A stretch of DNA of 64,000 bases, taken from a virus (lineage: Duplodnaviria; Caudoviricetes). The position numbers were made by a program, and so were the translations under genes. This document shows, piece after piece, positions 37,952 to 47,800 of the stretch (within the stretch, counting starts at the first letter, position 1; each line of letters starts with the position of its first letter). The notes below the pieces were generated by a model. That model was not told where the DNA came from and ran no database searches. It saw only the letters and a program-made list of their open reading frames with translations. The DNA is taken from the IMG/VR virus record IMGVR_UViG_2830247124_000001, positions 32,001 to 96,000 of that record; one strand, 5' to 3'.

Positions 37952-38419
37952 ATGAACAGCCGACCAGCCCCTTATAAATCTCCAGTAAGTGGAAGAGAAT
38001 GGGATTGCTTTATTCCGTCTGCGGCGTCTCTTCCCACAGGAATTGGAAAGAACGAATTGATTATAGATATTTCCGATGTGAGAGAACATATGGGGTTTCC
38101 AAAGCGATACCGTACGGGTATTGCTACTCTTACAAGAGGGATGAAACGGTTTGTCGTTGGGCCGCCACCTGATCACGTACCTTCGTGTATGTCGGACCTC
38201 TATTGGTACATGAGCCTTGCAGGAGATCGCCTTGTAAAAGGATGGTATGCTACTTGTTTTCTTTTGACCGTGCATCCCTGGGAAGGCGGCAATGGCCGGA
38301 CAGCGAGAGAATTTTACCGAAGATATACTGCTTCCAACGAAGACAGAAACTCACTTCGTGGTCGCCTGAGAGGAGCACTTCCCAAATTCCAACCGCCTAG
38401 AAATCTTTATCCGGCTTAA
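37952..38419 (+). CDS. Fic/Doc-family protein
   Basis: HPWEGGNGRTAR matches HPFxxGNGRxxR; low GC. Confidence 0.8.
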   Translation: MNSRPAPYKSPVSGREWDCFIPSAASLPTGIGKNELIIDISDVREHMGFPKRYRTGIATLTRGMKRFVVGPPPDHVPSCMSDLYWYMSLAGDRLVKGWYATCFLLTVHPWEGGNGRTAREFYRRYTASNEDRNSLRGRLRGALPKFQPPRNLYPA

Positions 38420-38556
38420 AGCTGTCCCAGGTGGGAGAAGCAAAGGCGGCGATGGCGACTTCTTAAAATCTCGGATCAATCTGAATTCCAACAAGTAAGA
38501 CTAACAACACATCATTCAAGACAAAGCAGGACTCCCCTGCACAAGCCAACCCCTCA

Positions 38557-39258
38557 ATGATGCCTACCCTTACAAACGAAGAGATCCTATTCGCCTTTCA
38601 GCGCCTCCAGATGATCGGGCAGCAGGGACTTCCGATCAAGGTGTCCTACGCTGCGACCCAGACGAAGAAGAACCTGGAGCCTTACGCGGAGACCTTTCAG
38701 GAGAAGACCGAGGACGTAGAAGAAGGCACCGACGAGTTTGAAGAGCACCTTTCTCAAGAGTTCGACGTGGAGGTACACGAGGTGGCTCCTGTTCATCTGG
38801 ACGGGAGCGGACTTGCGCCAGAGCTTTTTGTCGGTATCGGCTTTCTCTTCCGCGAAGACGAGGAACGGCAGGAAGAGACGTTCGAGATCACCAACGGTGA
38901 GCTTCTTCAGGCCACCAACACGCTCTACCGGTGGGCACGCCTTGAATTTGACAGCGGCGGGGCAATCGTCTCTCTCGCCGGTGCAATCGACAGCCTCCGA
39001 GGCAGCGACGCTGGGAAGATGCAAGAGCGCTTGGGAGAGTTCAACCAGCGCATCGAGTCGGCACAGGAGCAGCAAGAGGGCTCAGATCAGGAAGGCCCAG
39101 AGCAAGAGGTCTCCAAGATCGAAGAGGAGCGAGAGAAGTACCTGGAGGAGACTACGGAGGTCACCGTTTCCTTGATTGACCTTGAGGCGATTGCCTCGAA
39201 CGAAGACGTTGAGGTCGCCCCGCTGGAAATCGAGATACTGTCCCCTCTTCTCAAATAG
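38557..39258 (+). CDS. acidic protein with internal duplication (possible tail assembly chaperone)
   Basis: Halves LTNEEIL...LSQEFDVEV and ITNGELL...LEETTEVTV. Confidence 0.65.
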   Translation: MMPTLTNEEILFAFQRLQMIGQQGLPIKVSYAATQTKKNLEPYAETFQEKTEDVEEGTDEFEEHLSQEFDVEVHEVAPVHLDGSGLAPELFVGIGFLFREDEERQEETFEITNGELLQATNTLYRWARLEFDSGGAIVSLAGAIDSLRGSDAGKMQERLGEFNQRIESAQEQQEGSDQEGPEQEVSKIEEEREKYLEETTEVTVSLIDLEAIASNEDVEVAPLEIEILSPLLK

Positions 39259-39265
39259 AGCAGGT

Positions 39266-39283
39266 CTCAAATAATTCTGTGAG
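39266..39283. promoter_or_regulatory. 18-bp palindromic site
   Basis: GGT-CTCAAATAATTCTGTGAG-ACC (extended symmetry). Confidence 0.7.
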
Positions 39284-39327
39284 ACCGCTTTCCCTGCGCT
39301 TTGCAGGGAACCCACTCTCAAAACTAA

Positions 39328-42084
39328 ATGGCAGAGAACGTCACGATCCAATTCCAGGCCGGAATGAACCGGCGTGCCGACGCCCCGGCCCAGGCCCCGT
39401 ACGAGCTTCACAACGCAAAGCTCGGCGTCCACGGAGGCGTCCGGGCCTACCGGGCCCCGGAAGTGATGGAGGACCCGGCGGTCACCCAGGAGCCGAACAC
39501 TCCCGACGAGCCCGGTGGCGAAAAGCCTTGGATCCGTTGGAACGACCAATGGTTCTCCCGCTTCTCCGATTCGTTTAACGACGCGAACGGGGAGCCGGTG
39601 GAGGTACTTCAAAACCACGACAAGCATAATGGCAACCTGTACGTCACGGGAACGAAGTCCCGGCAGTTGAGCGGAGACAATCAAAAGTCTCCCCATACGT
39701 GGCGGGTGGATAAAAACGCCAATGGATTCGACCCTTTTGTGTTAAGCGAACCACCGGCGATAACTTCAATTGCTGTGAGCGGCTCATTTGAAGCTGGTGA
39801 AGCTCGTAGTGGAGACGTCTTAGACACGTCTGATAAGAAGGGTGGCATAAAAGGAAAGAGGGCGGTCTCCTATTTGGCAATTCCTGTCAACGAAAGGGGC
39901 GCTGCTGGGCCCTGGGTTTACTTCAGTCACTACCCCAAAAACGACGACGTGGACCAATACCGGGCCGTAACCTACGGCATCAACACCAACGGAGAAGCGA
40001 AATACGTTGAAGTTTACCGCACCAGGGAATGGAAAGAGGTGTACGAACTGACGAGTCAGGGCATGATTCCGCCGCCAGACCTGAGCTACTACTACTTAGA
40101 CCGGGTTAGTTTGAACCCAGACGGGATTGGGGATAATGCAAGCACGAGCGGCACACTTGTAGACGCGAATCACTGGGCCCACGAATACGACAGCGAAGAG
40201 AAGGCCGCCAACGTACTACCGACTGACACCAACGACCGGAAGATTAACGCCTGGACCTATGAAAGCATAGACTACAACAAGTATCAGAACTATGTCGATT
40301 CCCTGGAGGTCGGGTACTCGTTCGTTGTTGACTTAGGCCCTCCGGTTCATGTCGGGGCAGAGGCGATGCGAATGGTTGGCCGGGACCGGATGATGTACGG
40401 AGCCCCCCAGTGGCCTTTGAAGCCTGTGCAGTTTGCGATGGCGACGCATGACACCACAACGAGCAGGAACTCAGATTGGGGAAATAGCACTGGCAGCAGG
40501 CTCTACGCTTACGAGTACAGCGTAGCTTCTGAAGATAGCGTCGTGTACGGCCCGCCAACTACCATAGACGGAGATGCGCACCCTATTTGGCAGGGAGAGC
40601 AAGCAGTCAACATGTGGACTGGTGGGGGGTCGGAATACTCAGACCGAAATACCGCAAAATCGAACGGGGTCTACACGACGGATTCTCGAAGCCTCTACAA
40701 TATAGACGTGGATATTTTCGACCCATTCGAAGACACAACTGCAACGCGGTATCCCGAAGACGTGAACAACAAAAAGTGGGTGGAAGAGCCCAACGTAGTT
40801 CTTCTATCTGAGCGTTTTCGGCCCCTGGAAGTCACGTTTGAGGACCAGTACCAAGTTCCGGAGGGGGAAAGCATCCGGGCTTTCTCACCAGCACGGCTTT
40901 CGGAGGACGACTCGATTGCGAACTACAGCTTTTACATATACACCGACGAGGGGGTACACAGCGGAGAGCTTACCCAAGACAACGCGCAGACGTACCGGGT
41001 AAGTACCGTGGGCGTAAAAAACTACACCGTCAGTCCAGACAACACCCCGGTTTATCAGAAGTCCCTCTATCAGGTCACGAAGTACGGCAGCGTGTACATA
41101 GGGACAGACAACAGGGTCTACAGCCTGCGGGGACGTAAATTCAATGCCCTCGACTCGGCGGTCCCGAACATCTGGTACTCTGACCTTAGTGAACCGCAGT
41201 TCTCCGACGTCGAATACCAAGCAATCTACAACAACTACTCCGACGTTTGGAGCCAAGTCGGCGGGTTCGACGGGGACAAAACCCTAACCCCTTACGACAT
41301 TGCGTACGACCAGCACCGAGACCAGATCATGGTTGCTACGCTGAACAACGTCTGGATATTCGACATCGACCAGGAGGGGTGGGTTGGAAACTACAACGTA
41401 TCCGGAGTCGAGAACCTCCAGTACATAGGAAGCCTCGAAAGCTCCAATACGGCTACTCACAAGGCCGTGATGGCCCACAAAAACCCAGGGTCGAGCGCAG
41501 AGTACGTGCTTCTCAACGAAGACGGAGAGCCGCTTACCGACAATGCGGTGGTCACAAACCCCATCTTGCGCAGCCCCAACGAGTCGAAGATCCGGGAGGT
41601 GACTGCTGACTACGACCCCCTTTCCAGAGACGCGGACGTGAGCTTAAACAGCGGGTCTACGACAGTGAACGTAGAGTCTGGTGACACTTTCGACACGGCC
41701 TCTCCGTCGCTGGACAAGATGGCAACGGTGTTTATTCCGCAAGGCGAGGACGGGGGTTCGAAGAACCTCACCGGCCTTATTGGCTCTGTCACCGACGCGA
41801 CCACAGCAGAGCTTACCGAACCGGCAGGGGTAGACGCCGCCACTACCTCCCCCATTCCACTGCGGTGGTTCCCCCCGGCGATCATCCGCCAAGAGCCGAC
41901 CGGCGACCACTACTCGGTAAACGACGTGAACGGAGACCCTGTGCGGCGCACCGAACTTGCCTACAAGATACACCCGAGGCGTCGGCGATACCCGCGCATG
42001 AACGGGACCGGCCACGTCATGCGGGTCGAGAAATTTCGCAACTTCAAGAGCTTGCAACTGAAGGTCGAGCAATCAGACCTGTAA
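39328..42084 (+). CDS. tail nozzle/stabilisation-like protein
   Basis: 918 aa, N-terminal F.AGMN, beta-rich; precedes the ejection proteins. Confidence 0.65.
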   Translation: MAENVTIQFQAGMNRRADAPAQAPYELHNAKLGVHGGVRAYRAPEVMEDPAVTQEPNTPDEPGGEKPWIRWNDQWFSRFSDSFNDANGEPVEVLQNHDKHNGNLYVTGTKSRQLSGDNQKSPHTWRVDKNANGFDPFVLSEPPAITSIAVSGSFEAGEARSGDVLDTSDKKGGIKGKRAVSYLAIPVNERGAAGPWVYFSHYPKNDDVDQYRAVTYGINTNGEAKYVEVYRTREWKEVYELTSQGMIPPPDLSYYYLDRVSLNPDGIGDNASTSGTLVDANHWAHEYDSEEKAANVLPTDTNDRKINAWTYESIDYNKYQNYVDSLEVGYSFVVDLGPPVHVGAEAMRMVGRDRMMYGAPQWPLKPVQFAMATHDTTTSRNSDWGNSTGSRLYAYEYSVASEDSVVYGPPTTIDGDAHPIWQGEQAVNMWTGGGSEYSDRNTAKSNGVYTTDSRSLYNIDVDIFDPFEDTTATRYPEDVNNKKWVEEPNVVLLSERFRPLEVTFEDQYQVPEGESIRAFSPARLSEDDSIANYSFYIYTDEGVHSGELTQDNAQTYRVSTVGVKNYTVSPDNTPVYQKSLYQVTKYGSVYIGTDNRVYSLRGRKFNALDSAVPNIWYSDLSEPQFSDVEYQAIYNNYSDVWSQVGGFDGDKTLTPYDIAYDQHRDQIMVATLNNVWIFDIDQEGWVGNYNVSGVENLQYIGSLESSNTATHKAVMAHKNPGSSAEYVLLNEDGEPLTDNAVVTNPILRSPNESKIREVTADYDPLSRDADVSLNSGSTTVNVESGDTFDTASPSLDKMATVFIPQGEDGGSKNLTGLIGSVTDATTAELTEPAGVDAATTSPIPLRWFPPAIIRQEPTGDHYSVNDVNGDPVRRTELAYKIHPRRRRYPRMNGTGHVMRVEKFRNFKSLQLKVEQSDL

Positions 42085-42146
42085 AAGAAATACTTCCAAT
42101 ACTCTAATACGGCCTGATTCAAGGCCGCCTTACCTACTTCATTCAA

Positions 42147-42929
42147 ATGGCTATCGGAACGCTCACGGCAATGGGCATCTCGGCAGGAGCCTCCCTCCTG
42201 GGCAAAGGTGCCAACGCTATCTTCAACGACCGCCCGGACATTCCGGATTTCACCAGCGAGGTCGCAGGAGAGTTTGACGAGGCCCAACGCTCCCTCTCTC
42301 GGAAGCAGGACCGGCAGACCGACCAAGTACAGGCGGACGCTACGGCTGCGGGGGTCAACCCGGTTTCCGCCATGGCCGACGTGATCGAGTCGAACAATCA
42401 GGCCCAGGCGGACCTCCAGGCGAAGGAGGCCGACGCAATGGCCGCCGCCGAAAACAAGGAGAAGCAGATGAAATACGGGCGTGCCCGCCAGAAGTATCAG
42501 TCCAGGGCCCAGGGCATTGGATCTCTGGTCAACGCCGTATCGACGGGCGTCTCCAACAAGGCCGCTCTCAACGCCATCGAGGGAATGGAAGAAGATAAAA
42601 AAGGTGGTGGCGAGGGCGAGGGTGAGGGGGGCAGCGGCCAGGGGTCTTCCGGTGGCGGAATGGCAAGTGCAGCCTCAGCGGGCAACAACGTCGGATCCCA
42701 ATCTGGAGTCGGTGGCGGGCCGACCACAGCCAATGGTCGTTTTACGGACCCGAGCCTCTACGGAAGCGGCAATGAAGGCACTGGCGAGGGAATTGGAGGC
42801 GAGACTCTAAGCATACTTTCCGAAATGATGGGCGGTCAGATGGGGCCTCTTTTTGAGCAGCTTGCTGCCGACCAGATGGACGGTTCTGGGATGCCTGAAG
42901 AAATGAGCTTTGGAATCGGCTCCTACTAA
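42147..42929 (+). CDS. internal virion/DNA ejection protein
   Basis: Gly/Ala hydrophobic N-terminus MAIGTLTAMGISAGASLLG plus coiled coil. Confidence 0.65.
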   Translation: MAIGTLTAMGISAGASLLGKGANAIFNDRPDIPDFTSEVAGEFDEAQRSLSRKQDRQTDQVQADATAAGVNPVSAMADVIESNNQAQADLQAKEADAMAAAENKEKQMKYGRARQKYQSRAQGIGSLVNAVSTGVSNKAALNAIEGMEEDKKGGGEGEGEGGSGQGSSGGGMASAASAGNNVGSQSGVGGGPTTANGRFTDPSLYGSGNEGTGEGIGGETLSILSEMMGGQMGPLFEQLAADQMDGSGMPEEMSFGIGSY

Positions 42930-42930
42930 A

Positions 42931-42948
42931 CCCAAAGAATTATTTGAT
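42931..42948. promoter_or_regulatory. 18-bp palindromic site (1 mismatch)
   Basis: CCCAAAGAATTATTTGAT. Confidence 0.6.
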
Positions 42949-42987
42949 TTCTGCGAGGCCGGTATGGTCTCTGACTAATTTTTTTAC

Positions 42988-44811
42988 ATGCCCCCCGATC
43001 CCGAACCAACAACGCTCGACCTCATCAGAGGACTCGACGTGGGACAGTACCAGAACAACCCCCTCAACCCCGTCGCGTCACCCGATAGTCAGCCGGTGTA
43101 CCCAAACGCAATAGAGAGGGGCAAACAGGCTGTACAGGAATCGGATAGTCCCCAGGTTCTGAAGCGGGCCCGCGAGTATATCACTGGACTCATCCAGCAA
43201 AACAGGGCGCGTGGTAATCAAGCAGAGCAGGGCAACTCCAAAATCCGGAACGACCCGAGAAGCCCTGGGACGGACATGGTCGAAGGAGAGCAGGTTACTG
43301 GCACGCAGGGGTTTGAGCCTCGCTTCGACCAGTCGGGCCCGGAGAATTTTGTGCCCCCCAACCAGAGGCCGCCGCAGCAACAAGACGAACCCCCCACCCC
43401 TGGCGGCGTCCCCCAGGACATAGCAAACCCAACACAGAACCAAGGTGGCCGAGCCCCCCAACAGCGGCCATACGCAGAGAGCATGTACAACATGCTTCAA
43501 AATGCCCAGCAGGGCCAGCGCCAGCAGGGCCAAATGCCCCCGTCCCAAGAGGCGCTGAACAACATGAGCGACGCGGCCCGAAGGCAGCTTGAGGCCGAGC
43601 GTGCATCTCAGCAACCCGGCCAGTCCAGCGGCACCTACCCCGGCGCGATGTCCGACTACATCCAGGACGCCTCCGGGGACGTCGTGAAGCTACCCCCTGG
43701 CGCGAGCGACGAGCAGATACAGGCCGTTTTGGACTCGGGCAAGAGACCGGTTATCAGCCAGGACCTCTCTGGCGTGGAGAAGTTCGAGGAGATCGACGTG
43801 GACTTTTCCCGCTCGAAGGAAGCGGTCCGGGACTTTGCAGACGCGAAAGTGAAGGCCGCCAAGAAGGGAGCCCTTGCCAGCCGGGTCGGCGCAGAAAACG
43901 CCAACACGCGGCTCATGGCCAACGCACTGGGGCCCGGACTATTTCAGGCTCTCACAGGCACACAGCAGCCCACAAATCGGGGCCGCAACCTATCGGCAGC
44001 GGCGGACCGGAGCGTGCGGAAGGCCCGTCAGGCGCAGTCTCAGGCGCAGCAGACAGCGGAGTTGGCACCGGCAGAGGCCGAGCGAAGAGTTGCACAAATC
44101 GACCGACAGGAGCGACAGAAGCAGCGGCAGAGCGACCGGCAAACCCAGCAGCTTAACAACCAGCAAGAGCGCGAGCTTCAGAAGGCGCAGACCGACGCGC
44201 AGATGCGGTACGTCAACAGCGTTTACGGCATGGCCCAGGAGGAGCGCCAGAGAGAACGGAAGCGCCTGCTCCGAGAGCAAAAGCGTCGCTTGGAGAACGC
44301 CCCCAACATCAACCGCAACCAGATACAGACGGTTCAAGACTTGACCCGGAACATGAACAGCCTTGCCGACGACATGAGAAGGCTCGGAAATGCGGCGAGC
44401 GTCTTGAGAAACCCAGACGAATACACCGAACAGGAAGTAGAAAGCACCAAGCAGACGCTCGCAAACGACTTCACTATCGTGGACGGGAACCCCCTCTCGA
44501 TGGGCAATCAAAAGCTGGCCGACTCGGTAGCGAAGATGCACGAGGACCTGCGGGCAGACTACCAGAGCATCTTTAAGAAGAGAGCCACGATAACCAACGC
44601 TGCGGACAACAATGCCTTTGGTGGTGGTGGATACAGGTCTTTGGGCAACCCCGGAAGCCCCACTGGCCAAAACGCAGGCCAAAGCTCGGAGCCGACCGGC
44701 ACGATTCCCACCCCGTCGGAGGCTGGCGGCAACAGCGGCGGCGGCAATGGCGGCGACAACCGGACCGAAGAGAGCACCGGTAGCAGCAGCGACTTGTGGG
44801 GCAACATTTAA
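42988..44811 (+). CDS. Q-rich internal virion/ejection protein
   Basis: 607-aa coiled coil; position. Confidence 0.65.
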   Translation: MPPDPEPTTLDLIRGLDVGQYQNNPLNPVASPDSQPVYPNAIERGKQAVQESDSPQVLKRAREYITGLIQQNRARGNQAEQGNSKIRNDPRSPGTDMVEGEQVTGTQGFEPRFDQSGPENFVPPNQRPPQQQDEPPTPGGVPQDIANPTQNQGGRAPQQRPYAESMYNMLQNAQQGQRQQGQMPPSQEALNNMSDAARRQLEAERASQQPGQSSGTYPGAMSDYIQDASGDVVKLPPGASDEQIQAVLDSGKRPVISQDLSGVEKFEEIDVDFSRSKEAVRDFADAKVKAAKKGALASRVGAENANTRLMANALGPGLFQALTGTQQPTNRGRNLSAAADRSVRKARQAQSQAQQTAELAPAEAERRVAQIDRQERQKQRQSDRQTQQLNNQQERELQKAQTDAQMRYVNSVYGMAQEERQRERKRLLREQKRRLENAPNINRNQIQTVQDLTRNMNSLADDMRRLGNAASVLRNPDEYTEQEVESTKQTLANDFTIVDGNPLSMGNQKLADSVAKMHEDLRADYQSIFKKRATITNAADNNAFGGGGYRSLGNPGSPTGQNAGQSSEPTGTIPTPSEAGGNSGGGNGGDNRTEESTGSSSDLWGNI

Positions 44812-44871
44812 CCTGAAGCATTTTAAGCTGAAGCAAGTGCGCCCACTCGGGCGTCATACCAATGATTTTAT

Positions 44872-47800
44872 ATGCCAACCCCAAATAATCAGAACTCCTC
44901 TTCAAACCAGAACTCCTCTACGGCCCAGACCGACGAGGAGCCCAGTCCGGATGGCGGAAACTACTACGGCCCGTCGGAGGACCCCCTCGACGAGCTTCGT
45001 GGACAAAACGGAGAGCCGACCCCCAGCAACTCGACCGGCTCTTCCGACGGGACGAAGATAGACCCGGCAAACTCCCCGGCCCTGTACGAGTCTCTCGGGG
45101 TGGACCCGCTTGACTTCGGGCAGGAGATCCAGGAAACCGATGGCGGCACCGAACGGGTGGAGACCAAACCCCAGACGGTGGACACGAGCACAGACCCCAT
45201 CGACCGCAACACCGAGCAAATCTTAAACGCTGCGGCCAACGGCAACATGCCAGAGGCCCCCGAGGTTGACGTCGAGCCCCTTGAGCGGCCCGACGACTCT
45301 GGGCCCCTTCACTTCACGCGCAAGTGGTTTGGCGAGGAGCTACAGGAGACGATGGATCCGAGCAATCTTGCCGGGTTCAACGACATGAGCGACAAGGAGG
45401 TCATCAACTACGTCGCCGAGCAGCGCCCGGACTTCGTCGAGCGAGGCGTGATCGACCCGGAGAACCCGAAGGAGAGCCTCCAAAACGTAGACCAATACTT
45501 CCGGAAGCGCGTCCAGCAGCGCCAGCGCAAGACGGCCCACGGGACCTACTTCCCGGAGCTTCGCAACCACCTCGTCGCTACCACCGGAAAGGAAGCGACA
45601 GAGGCCAGCGACGAGAAGCTGGTCAAGATGTACGCCGATAAGCACTACGAGAACCAGGGGCCGACGGACGTGGCCGACGTGATCGACGACATGATCGCAG
45701 ACGGCAAGAAGCGCCAGGAGGACATGATGGAGAATTCCGATAACGTCCAGCGGGCCTCCAGCCCGAAGGAGTTCATCGACCTCACCAACAAGCTGGAGCA
45801 GCACCACGAGAACGCCGAGAAGGAAGGCTTCAAGCCGGATATGGTCGTGACGTACACCGACCCGGACACCGGCGCGGACCTGATGTTCGCTTCGCCTGAG
45901 CGGGCGGACCGCTACCAGAAGAAGATGCGCAACCGCTCTCTGGACCGAGTAGACCGTGGACCCATCGAGGAGTTTTTGGTCGGGGCAACCGCACGGGCCG
46001 GGATTGACATGGCGGACCTCTTTACCGAGATCGGCCAGTACGGAGTCCGGGTTGCAAATCAGGCCGGTGCCGAGACCGAAGATACGGTCAACGCGATGGA
46101 GGATTTCCAGAAGAACATGCAGTCGATCCGGCAGTCCGGGTCGGTTCGGCAGTCCGACGACATCGGTGACCTGGAAGTGTACGAGGAGGATGACTCCTGG
46201 TACATGCCGTCCGGGGGTGCGCTTACCGACGCCAACTGGTGGGCCTCCACCGTCGGTGAGGTCACCGGCCTGTCGGTGCCGGGGATCGGCGCTGCCGGTG
46301 CCGGGATGAAGCTCGGCTCGAAGCTGTTTAAGGGGATGAAGTTCTTTGGGCGTGCCAGCCGACTGGAAAAGATCCAAGACGCCGGGAAGCTGGTGAACAA
46401 AGCAGAGGTTACCGACGGCATGATCCGGAAGGCAAAGGGCCTGGAGATGGCCGCGAAGACCGGGACCGCCGCCGCGATGTACGAGATGCCGCTCGAAACG
46501 GGGGAGGCTCTGAAGACCCTGTACCGGGAAAACGACAACCCGTCCGCTGGGGAACAGGCTATTGCTATCGGGTCGGGGCTGGTGTCCGGATGGATCGGGA
46601 CGATTGGTGACGCCGCGTTTGCCGACGCGCTGAAGAAGAGCCTTGGCCGAGAATTTGGAGAAGAGATTCCAGACGCCGCGAAGAAAAGCGCAACGCGGGC
46701 CGTGATGAGCCGCCTCGGAACTGAGGTGAAGAAGTTCGGCGGGACCCTCCCGGTCGAGACGAGCACCGAGATTACGCAGGAGGTTACCAAGGACGTCGCC
46801 AAGCAGTTCAGCACCGAAGGGTACGACTCCTTCGAAGCCTTCTGGGAGGACAACCGCGAGAAGTACGCGGAGGTCACCGCCGGGTCCATTGGCCTGACCG
46901 CATTTATGGGCGGGATCGGTGCGGGGCCCTCCTCGGTCCGTGCCGGAATGAAGGGAATGAAGGAGCACAGCATCGGCGTCTTGGAACAGATGCACGACGA
47001 TGAAGCCCTAGCGGAATACGGCGGGTTTGGGTTTTACGAGCGGCGAAGGGGCAAGGGGCTCGAAGTGCGGGTGGAGGCAAGCAGACTGCAAGACAAGGAG
47101 ACGATTGAAAACGTCCGCCAGCGGTTTGAGGAGGAAAATGTCGATGGGGACGTGGACATCGAGGTGTTCAACGGCACGAGGCGGGTCGAGAAGGTCTCCG
47201 GGTTCGGCGAACTGCTGAAGAAGACGCCCGAAATCATGCGCAAGGTGAAGCGGGGCGACGCGGTGAAGGTAGACGGGATGAACCTCAGCCCCAGCCGCAT
47301 CGACGCGGTTGAGGACCCAGGCACTGAGCCGCAGACGTCCGCCACGGAGGGTCGGCGCAACCAGTACGAGACCCCCCTGGGCAGAACCTACGAAGGAGAG
47401 AACGCCAAGGAGCGGGCCAACGAAGCCGCCAAGCACGAGAAGTACGAGGGCTCGGTTATCGAAGACGGGGGCACGAAGTACCTCATCTCACGGGTGCGGA
47501 CTGGCGAAGACGGCGGGGACCCCCAGTTCACCGGCAAGGCCCTCGACGGCAGTGGGGACACGATCAGCCCCAGCGAAATCAGCGACGATCAGGTCGTTTC
47601 TTGGAGGAGCCAGACCCAGGACATCGATTCAGAGCTTACCCAGGAGCTTGACGACGTCAGCGGAATCGACCTCGTCAACCCGGACGAGCAGACCCAGAAG
47701 GACGTCATTTCTCTGGTCGATGGCGCACTGGACCGTGGAGACATCAGCGAAGAGAAGGCCGAGGAGCTAAAGGGCAAGATGCGTCAGTACCGCGCCGTGC

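Noticed and set aside
47137-47163. DGDVD in the giant protein as a virion RNA polymerase DxDxD motif
   Set aside because: It lacks a DFDGD/DFDID-type context, and such strings are expected by chance in an Asp-rich protein.
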